In this document: positions 10,433-18,500 of the stretch, piece after piece
Numbering within the stretch: position 1 is the first letter of the stretch
Layout: the number at the start of each line of letters is the position of its first letter
NCBI GenBank assembly: GCA_005223125.1
Contig: NJBH01000023.1
Location: forward strand, 1 to 61,161
Origin: Promethearchaeota archaeon Loki_b32
GTDB taxonomy: Archaea > Asgardarchaeota > Lokiarchaeia > Sigyniarchaeales > SOKP01
Direction: 5' to 3'
Length of the DNA stretch: 61,161 nucleotides
The notes under the pieces: model-generated
What the model was told of the DNA's origin: nothing
Seen by the model: the letters and a program-made list of their open reading frames with translations, nothing else
Database searches by the model: none
Position numbers and translations under genes: made by a program

Positions 10433-10612
10433 TGGTCCCCTCTGCCGGCATATCGTGAATTTTTTTTGGAAATTCAACTCGATCCGGCGACCTCTACCGG
10501 TTTGGTTTACTCCAATACTCTCGGTTTCGGCTGACGTAATTTCATTAGCAATTAGCTTTATTACGCGATTTTATCTACAGCCGAGTACTCTACCAGTCTG
10601 AGTTAAGAGGGG
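10433..10612 (-). tRNA. trnY: tRNA-Tyr(GUA) with three introns; exons 10612-10575, 10525-10520, 10493-10478, 10449-10433; CCA encoded
   Basis: The spliced 77-nt product forms a full cloverleaf: CCCCTCT/AGAGGGG acceptor with C1-G72 and A73 (archaeal/eukaryotic Tyr identity), ACTC/GAGT D-stem, CTCGG/CCGAG anticodon stem with CT-GTA-GA loop, GCCGG/CCGGC T-stem. Introns of 49 nt (37/38), 26 nt (43/44) and 28 nt (59/60); the last two have clear BHB motifs. Confidence 0.93.
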
Positions 10613-10899
10613 TTGTTAAGTTAAAATTAAATAATAATGTAATTAATTTATTTTTTATGTTTTTAGTTTTGGAGTGAATATTGCTATTAAGTTATATGCA
10701 TTTTTTTGCTCATAAAATCCTATCTTTTGTTTAAGAAAACTTATTAAATAAGAAATTTCACACTAGTATTAACTCAAAAATTGCACAACAAAAAAGCTCA
10801 AATTTCTTTTGTTGTGAAAAATTTTTAATAAATTAAACAATAATTTTATAAAATTAAACTAGTATAAAAATTACAATTTAAAGCAAAATTAAATGATAG

Positions 10900-11449
10900 G
10901 TGATAATCATTAGAGAAGAAACAGACTATACTGAGGCAATTGAATCGTACAAGAATGATCCGTATATAATTTTAGAACCATGGGGTAGGAGTATTGATCA
11001 TTTAAGACTTACCATCATCGGGAAGAAGGGAACCCCCTATGCAGAGGGTAAGTTCATTTTTGAAATCAAATTTCCAGAAAGATGAGAGACTATGCGTCCT
11101 CATTCTGGACAATTACCCATTTGCTCCTCCCTATGCTTACGCAGTTACTTTAATGTGGCATCCTAATATTGATTCCTCTATTCCCCCAGGAAAATTGAAC
11201 ATTTGTCTAGACCTAATTAATCCAGATCTTGTAGGTAAGGTGGATGCTTCAACTGGAGCAAGTGGATGGACACCGAGTAAAACTCTGATTAATATTATTG
11301 AAGCTTTAAAAGGAATGATGCATTACGAAGCTCCTTTCTTTAATCCGGGCGATCCATTGAATCATGAAGCAGGAGAACAATATTTCAGAGCCCTTAAGAA
11401 ATTTGAGGGAAAAGCTAACGCTTGGACTAAAAAATACGCGATGGATTGA
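10900..11449 (+). CDS. Ubiquitin-conjugating enzyme E2 (UBC) split by a 31-nt intron; join(10900..11079,11111..11449)
   Basis: Exon 1: I.GKKGTPYAEGKF.FEIKFPE. Exon 2: NYPFAPP...WHPNID...ICLDLI...W.P...L..I...PLN.EA. The joined product is a complete UBC fold with catalytic Cys. Confidence 0.92.
11080..11110 (+). other. Bulge-helix-bulge (archaeal tRNA-type) intron within E2 mRNA
   Basis: CCAG/CTGG central helix, AA^A and AC^A 3-nt bulges, intron stem GATGAG/CTCATT + GAC/GTC; excision restores frame and motif. Confidence 0.85.
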
Positions 11450-11628
11450 ATATTAAGTAATTTTATTTTTTCTCTTAATTTTATTTTTCAAGAAAAAAAT
11501 TGAAATAATATATTAATTTTTCTGGACTTAAAACATAATTTGGGAGAATAATCTAACCTAATTTCTTCTAATTCTTAATCAAAACCTTTATTAAAATAAT
11601 TGGATTAAAGCAAATAATCAATAAAGAA

Positions 11629-12510
11629 GTGGGAATATTGCTAAAAATATCAAAAGGATTAAGATCAAAAATAATTGAACTGGATAAGTTTGATATCTCT
11701 TTATTTGAGGAGGATTTAGCAGAAAAAGCAAAAATGATAATTCCCAAAATCTTTAAGAGTGTAAAAAAATCGAGAAGAGATTATAAAAACGAGATGAAAA
11801 CTCCTCCTGGTGATTTGAAGCACGCAACTAAAGAATTTTGGGAAGAGATTATTAAAAAAGCAAAATCATTGCGAATTGATCTCATAGGATTTGCCCCTAT
11901 TGATGAGAATTTAATTTTTGAAAATGATTATGTAGGTGGAATCCAATTTTTATACGAAAATGGAATTGTGTTGGGTATGGAAATGGATTACTATGCAATA
12001 AATAGTGCGCCAAACCCTCCAGCTGGTTTAGAATCATTAAGAATATATGCAGAATTAGGTGTAGCTACGAATAAGTTAGCTGATTTTATTCGTTCTAAAG
12101 GGCATAAAGCGATTGCTTGCCATCCGTTAGGAGGGCCTATTCTTTATCCGGCAATGGCAGTTAAAGCAAAATTAGGAAAAATGGGAAAACAAGGGCTTTT
12201 AATAACAAAAAAATTTGGTCCTCGACAAAGACTGTCAATGATTGCGATAAATGCTGATCCCCTCCCAGAAAATACAAACGAAGATGTTGAAATTTCAGAA
12301 TATTGTGAAAAGTGCAGAAGATGCATTCATTTTTGTCCAGTGAATGCAATTTATGATGAACCAATTGTAAAACATAATGGAATAAAGACTCGAATTGATA
12401 GTGATAAATGTTTTGAATATTTTTATGAAACTACTGGGTGTTCAGTCTGTATTGAAACATGTCCCTTTCATAAAATAGGATATGAAGTTCTTTATTATCG
12501 ACAAATATAA
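11629..12510 (+). CDS. Reductive dehalogenase/QueG-like cobalamin and 2x[4Fe-4S] protein
   Basis: A..A.LG.MGK.GLLIT..FGPRQRL; CEKCRRCIHFCP; C...CSVCIETCPF. Confidence 0.8.
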   Translation: MGILLKISKGLRSKIIELDKFDISLFEEDLAEKAKMIIPKIFKSVKKSRRDYKNEMKTPPGDLKHATKEFWEEIIKKAKSLRIDLIGFAPIDENLIFENDYVGGIQFLYENGIVLGMEMDYYAINSAPNPPAGLESLRIYAELGVATNKLADFIRSKGHKAIACHPLGGPILYPAMAVKAKLGKMGKQGLLITKKFGPRQRLSMIAINADPLPENTNEDVEISEYCEKCRRCIHFCPVNAIYDEPIVKHNGIKTRIDSDKCFEYFYETTGCSVCIETCPFHKIGYEVLYYRQI

Positions 12511-12542
12511 AAAACCGTTAATTCTGATAAATAAGAATAAAA

Positions 12543-13163
12543 ATGACGAAAATCTCTTTTGAATCTAAAAAAGTTATAATTTTTGATTTAGATGGGACTA
12601 TTGTTAATTTAACAGCAGATTGGATGTCTTTAAGAGATGTATTGGTTGAGAAATATAGAGAAATATATGAAGAACAATGTGATTTTGAACGAATTTCGAA
12701 ATGTCTGGATACGATTGTTGAAAAGAAAGATGAAGAAATATTAGAAATTTTTTTTGATATTATACGACAGTATGAGCTTGAAAATATAAAAGATACTCAG
12801 TTAATAGAAGAATCAATTTTTTTTATTAACAATAAAGAGTTATTTGGGATTAAAAACAAGGTCAAATTTGCTGTTCTATCACTCAATACAAGAAGTTCAA
12901 TAATTAGATCTTTAGAATTAGCCAATATTCGTAATAAAATAGATCTAATCGTAGGTAGGGAAGATGTTAGGAGATGGAAACCTGCTCCAGATGGGCTTAT
13001 AAAAATTCAAAAGTATTACAAAGTAAGCAAAAAAGAGATGATCTTTTTTGGAGATTTAGAAAATGATCTTTTAACAGGGAAAAATGCAGGTATCGAAGCT
13101 TATTTAATAGATGATTTAATAAAATTTGTAAATAAGATAAAAAATAAACAAAAAAATAACTAA
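12543..13163 (+). CDS. HAD-superfamily hydrolase (phosphoglycolate phosphatase-like)
   Basis: FDLDGT, KPAPDG, FGDLEND..G.NAG. Confidence 0.9.
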   Translation: MTKISFESKKVIIFDLDGTIVNLTADWMSLRDVLVEKYREIYEEQCDFERISKCLDTIVEKKDEEILEIFFDIIRQYELENIKDTQLIEESIFFINNKELFGIKNKVKFAVLSLNTRSSIIRSLELANIRNKIDLIVGREDVRRWKPAPDGLIKIQKYYKVSKKEMIFFGDLENDLLTGKNAGIEAYLIDDLIKFVNKIKNKQKNN

Positions 13164-13183
13164 GCTACTAATTTTATTCATTT

Positions 13184-13738
13184 CTATACTTTTGTAAAAT
13201 TAAAGACCTCATCCTTCCTCTCAATAAATTTAAATAATCCAATATTAATAATTTTGCCTATTATCTCATCATCTTTAAAATGATGATCATCTACTGATAA
13301 CCATCCATTTTTCTTTAAAATACGGTGTAGTTCTTTTAAAATACTCTCTGGATCTGACAGATCATGATAAATATCCAATAACAAAACGACATCGATGGTT
13401 TTATCTTCTAATTTTGTATCACAATCAGTTAAAATTGTTTCAATATTTTTTAGATCTCTTTCGGACGCCCTCTTTTCAACCTCTTCAATTGCTAAAGGAT
13501 GAATATCCGCAGCATAGACTTTTCCTGAGTTTCCAACTACTTCTGCTGCGGCAATTGAATAACTCCCTGGACCACAACCATAATCTAATACAATTTGGCC
13601 CTCTTTTATTTTAGTTTTTTCAATTTTATAAAGAGGTGGATATTTTTTATCACGTTGTCTAAAGTGTTTTACCATAAATTTAAAATGGGTTTTGCTCATT
13701 GGTGTATCTTTTTTAATTTTTTCTGGAATCACTAACAC
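13184..13738 (-). CDS. Class I SAM-dependent methyltransferase
   Basis: VLDYGCGPG, VYAAD, L.ELHRILK. Confidence 0.9.
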   Translation of the reverse strand: MLVIPEKIKKDTPMSKTHFKFMVKHFRQRDKKYPPLYKIEKTKIKEGQIVLDYGCGPGSYSIAAAEVVGNSGKVYAADIHPLAIEEVEKRASERDLKNIETILTDCDTKLEDKTIDVVLLLDIYHDLSDPESILKELHRILKKNGWLSVDDHHFKDDEIIGKIINIGLFKFIERKDEVFNFTKV

Positions 13739-13771
13739 CTCTATTTAAAATATAAACAAACAAAAAGAATA

Positions 13772-15355
13772 TCACATAAAAGTGATTATAACATTAAATC
13801 TTTTAATTTCAGATTCAGTTAGTGCTTTTCCTAAAGGAGTTATTGTTATAATATCGTTACTTTTTATTTTTAATGTTGTCAATTTTATATTAGGGTCTTT
13901 TAAAGAAGGCATATATGGATTCCAATAAATTTCCTTAGTCATTGGGTTTGTTATCATCCATAATTCAGGATCTAACTCATAACCGGTTATTTTCATTGCT
14001 TCAAAAATGTAACCCACATCTGCATCAAATGGGACCACAATTTGTACATTTTCTTCTCCTTCTATTTTTCCACAAGCGAGACAATCATCTCTTTTTATTA
14101 TATTCAAATGATCAAATTGACCGTATATCCCATTATAATTTACGTAAGGAGGATCCATTGGAGCCCCAATATTCCTACCATTAACTCTAAATAGGAGTTT
14201 TAATGCTTCTTGAGATTGGATACTAGCAATAACAGAGCTAACAGTTTGTATTGCAGCTATCTTATTTCCTAGAATATTTTCCATTTCTTCGAATTTATAG
14301 TCTGGTCCAAAAGTTTCTTTAATATTAAGTTTCCATTCCTCTAATTCTTCTTCTGATAAAGTTTCTCTCTTTTCTGATGGGACATTTTCATTGAAGACTC
14401 GTTCTCTTAATTTTTCAAATTCTCCTTGTGCTATTTCTTTCAGCTTCACAACTTCGTCATTTAAATTAAGATCTGGTTTATGTCCATATCTTTTTTCAAA
14501 TTCTACTTCAGCTTTTATGACACAATGATTCCTATTACGCGGTAAACCTTTTAAGGTGCATGCTGCTACGAGTTTATCATCAGCAGGTGGTATTGGTACT
14601 AAACATCTATAGCACGGAGTTAAATCTAATAATTCCGGAGCATATTTCCAATCAAAAACCATTTCTATTTCTCTTCTAAATTTCTGAATTAATGGTGTTA
14701 TTTTTTCTGCTTTTATAGTTTCAATTTCTTCTTCTAATTCTTCTATTCTTTTCTGAGCTGCGAAATATTCAGGATATTCCATTTCAGTTGTTTCCCATAG
14801 CCTTGTTTGTACCAAATTTTCAATTTCTCTTTCTTTATTCTTATATTGCAATCCAGAACCCTCAGGAATAATTATTTGTACATGGCCTTCAAAAGCATGC
14901 GTAGCTCCTTCGACCATAGGTTTTTTAATTCTTAAACAGATCTTATTTAAATCCAACCTTGCGTTAAAATTATCTAAAGCAGCTACTACTATATCTGCTT
15001 CTTCGTAAACAGCCATTGGTAATTTTTGGAGTTTTTCAAAATAATAATCAACTTTAAGATATGGATTCATTTCTAATAATCTTTCTGCTGCCACTTCAGC
15101 TTTGGCTCTCCCTTCATCTCCAGGTCTAAAGAGCATTTGGCGTGATAAATTAGACGTTTCAATCGTGTCAAGATCGACTAGAATCAATTTTTTTATCCCC
15201 ATTAGAGCGAAATCCTTAGCAATTTCACAACCTAAAGCACCAACGCCAATAATCATAATTACTCCATTATCAATGATATCTTGATCCCATCCATCTATTA
15301 ACTGCTGTCTTGCATACATACGCGACTTAACAATGTCATCTGGCTTTTCAGTCAT
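13772..15355 (-). CDS. Ubiquitin-activating enzyme E1 (Uba3/Uba2-like ThiF family with catalytic-Cys domain and C-terminal UFD-like domain)
   Basis: GVGALG, DLDTIETSNLSRQ.LF, ALDN..AR, TPCYRC, ACTLKGLPR...HCV, CLAC. Confidence 0.9.
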   Translation of the reverse strand: MTEKPDDIVKSRMYARQQLIDGWDQDIIDNGVIMIIGVGALGCEIAKDFALMGIKKLILVDLDTIETSNLSRQMLFRPGDEGRAKAEVAAERLLEMNPYLKVDYYFEKLQKLPMAVYEEADIVVAALDNFNARLDLNKICLRIKKPMVEGATHAFEGHVQIIIPEGSGLQYKNKEREIENLVQTRLWETTEMEYPEYFAAQKRIEELEEEIETIKAEKITPLIQKFRREIEMVFDWKYAPELLDLTPCYRCLVPIPPADDKLVAACTLKGLPRNRNHCVIKAEVEFEKRYGHKPDLNLNDEVVKLKEIAQGEFEKLRERVFNENVPSEKRETLSEEELEEWKLNIKETFGPDYKFEEMENILGNKIAAIQTVSSVIASIQSQEALKLLFRVNGRNIGAPMDPPYVNYNGIYGQFDHLNIIKRDDCLACGKIEGEENVQIVVPFDADVGYIFEAMKITGYELDPELWMITNPMTKEIYWNPYMPSLKDPNIKLTTLKIKSNDIITITPLGKALTESEIKRFNVIITFM

Positions 15356-15510
15356 TTTAAAAACGCTATTTTTTATTATTATAATATTATTATTTCAAGA
15401 TCAGAATTTAAACTCTTTTAATGGGTTGTCTACCACTATTAAGAAATTAATTAAAATAAAGAGTTTCAATTTTATTTAAATTTAAAGGAGAAAATATTAA
15501 ATATTACTTT

Positions 15511-18500
15511 CTAACTTTTTTTCTTTTTAGATGATTCTTTAATCATTCTTTTGAGATTATTGATTTCTTCTCTTTCTTTTGCTTTTTTTAATTTTTCTTC
15601 GAATTCTCTTTTTTCTTCTTCTTTAGTTGCTATTTCATCAATAAGTTCTTGCTTCATTTTTATTAAATTACCCATTTCTTTACGAAATTCTTTTGCTTCA
15701 TACTTAATTATCCTCTCTTGTTTTTTAGCAGCTAGTTTTTGCTTTTGTCTTCTTTTTTCAATTAAATCTATTACTTCATCAGCCAATCCACTAACTTCAC
15801 TAATAGATTCTTTTAATTTTGCCTCTTCAACCTTTTTACGCTTTTCTTCTGTAATTCTTTGTTTTTCTAATTGCTCTTGAATTAATTGAATTCTCTCTTC
15901 TTCATTTTTAACTTTTTCTTCTAGTAATTTTGTATTTTTAATTTCAGTTGCAATATATTTTATTTCTTCGTTCCAACCTATTTCTCGGAATTTAATAATT
16001 GCTGATTCAAAGTTTGTGTATGCTTCATCAAAATTATGATAAGCTGCTTGCTTTTTACCTTTCTCAATGAGTTTTAAACCTTCATCTTTTATTTGTTCTA
16101 CATGTTGTTTTTTATAGATTAAATCTTGATATTGCTTTTCTTGTTCCCGTTTCAACTTTTCTTGTTCTATCCTTCTTCTTTTCACTTCCTCCTGAAATAG
16201 AGCATACTCATTTTGCCGTTGTAATCGTGCTTGTTCCTCTAAACGTTTCTTTTCAAGAAAATTAGCTTGTTCTTGTTGCAAATCTTTAATTAGTGTGTTT
16301 AAATTATTTATTTCTGGTTCCCACCCAATATTTTCTGCTAAAATATGTCTTGCCTGGATATACAATGAAATTGCCTCATTGTAGTTAGGAATTCTGTGTT
16401 TCAAATACTTTCCAGCCTCTTCCAAAAGGGAATATGCAGATTCTCTCACACTCATTTGTTCTTGTATTATTTTTTCTCGTTCTTTCTGTGCTAATTGTTG
16501 AGCGTCCCTCTTATCTCTTTCTTGTCTCTTTCTTTCCTCAACTAAGGCTTTTAATGCTTTTCCTTCTTCTAAACTTTCTAATTCTTTTTTATATTTTAAT
16601 TGTTTGGCTTCATCTGTTTGCTTCTTTAAGATATTTATTTTAAATATCATATTATTTATAGAATCTGTTGGAAACTGTAGTTCATTTAGAAAAATACTTG
16701 CCCTCCTATAACAAACTAGTGCATTATCATAATTTTGTTCTTTTAAATAGCGCTCTCCCTCCTCCAGAATCTTAAATGCTTGTTCTTTTCTTTCTTCTAG
16801 TCTTTGTTTCAATTGTTCCTTTTTTAATAATTCTAATTCTTTTGCTTTCAATCGTTCTTTTTCAATGAGTAAATTTTTAGAGATTTTTTGTTGGAATTTC
16901 CAATCATCTCGTTCTCTCAGCAATCTTTGTTCTAATTCTTTCTGTTTTTGTATTTGATGTTCTCGTTTTTTCTCTTGAACTTTAAGAATTAATTCTCTAA
17001 TTGTTTCAGTGGGATAAGCAATTTCATTTAAGATTAATTCAGCAGCATGATAATAATCAAGAGATTTACCATATTGTGTCTTATTCATGAATGTTTCTGC
17101 CTCTTCAAGAAGATTAAAAGCTTCATCTCTTCGATTTTCCATATCCTCCTGGATTTCTCTTTGTTTCTGTAATCCAATTTGTCGTTCTTTTAACTTTAAC
17201 TCATTTATTTTTATACTTTCTGCTAGCTTTTGCTGAAATTTAATGTTCTCTCGTTCTTTTTGAAGTATATTCTCTAGATTTATTTGTTTAGTTGACCATT
17301 CTTCTTTAGTTTTCTCTTGAATTTTGTAGATCATTTCTCTAATTACATTAGTTGGAAATCCAATTTCATTCAAAAGCAACTCTGCTTGTCTATATTTCTC
17401 TATAGCTTGAACAAATTTCTTTTGATTAAATAGATTTTCAGCTAAATCCATAACTTTAAACGCTTCTTGTTTCCGGTTTTCCATTAATTGTTTTAGTTTT
17501 TCCCTTTTTTGAATTTCAATTTCTTTAACTTTTAATCTTTCTTGTTCTCTTCTCATGCTTTCCGAAATCTTATTATGGAATTTTTCTTCTTCTTTTTGTT
17601 GTTGTATTAATAATTCATTCTCTGTTTCTTTCTGTCTTTCAATATCTCTCTTTCTAATTTCAATAGTTATTATGGTATCCTGTAGTAATTTCAAATAATC
17701 ACTTGTCCATCCGATTTCAGTAAAAAAATTTATTGCATTTTGATAATTTTTCAATGCATTATCATATTTCTTTTGACTAAGTAAGTTATATCCATCACTT
17801 ATCAATTTGAATGCTTCTTCTTGTTGTTCTAAATTTTGTGAAGTAATCAATTCTCTTTTATGAATTAATTCTCTTTCCTCTAAAGCTTTTGTTTCTTCTT
17901 TATCTTTCAGAACCTTTATCTTTTCCATAAATTCATAATCAGATTTTTCTTTTTCTATAGCGTCTTGAATCATTTTTTGTTTTAATAAGTCTTTCTCTTT
18001 CTTTTTATTTTCAATATTTTGTATAGCGTTATTTATGATTGGAATTTCATCAGTCCATTGAATTTGTGCAAATATATTAGCTACATTGTGATAGAGTTCA
18101 ATTGTATCATCAAAATTTCCCTGTGAAAGGGGATTTTGAGCTTTTTCTAAAATATTGAATGCTTCTTCTTTTTTTCTTTCCCTATAAGCAATTTCTTCCT
18201 CTCTTTCTCTAAGACTTATTGCTCTTTTCTTTAATTCATCACGTTGTAGTTTTATCTCCTTGACAAGGTTCTTTTGAAAAATATTATCTTGTTTTTCCTG
18301 TTCTAGATATGCTTTTAATTCCTTTTGTTTTTGTAATTCTATTTCTCGCTTTTTATCTTCAATTGCAATAATAGCTTTCTCAATCAAATCAATTTGTTCC
18401 TCCCATTGGATTTCGATAAAAATCTCTTTAGCCGTATTATATAAATCAATTGTTACTTCAAATTTACCTTGTTCAATTTGTCTTTGAGCTTCTTCTAAAA

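Noticed and set aside
10413-10601. 62-aa ORF on the plus strand
   Set aside because: Antisense to the intron-containing tRNA-Tyr; no protein features
11083-11085. TGA in E2 as selenocysteine or readthrough, with the hairpin as a SECIS
   Set aside because: Readthrough stays in the wrong frame (ETMRPHSGQLPICSS..., then stop) and never reaches HPN or the catalytic Cys
11039-11110. E2 break as a +1 ribosomal frameshift or single-base sequencing error
   Set aside because: Either would leave about 10 extra residues inside the tightly spaced FPxxYP motif and would not explain the BHB geometry; removing 31 nt explains both
14620-14870. Intein in E1
   Set aside because: No C-terminal His-Asn followed by Cys/Ser/Thr and no Hint motifs; the segment is helical and charged
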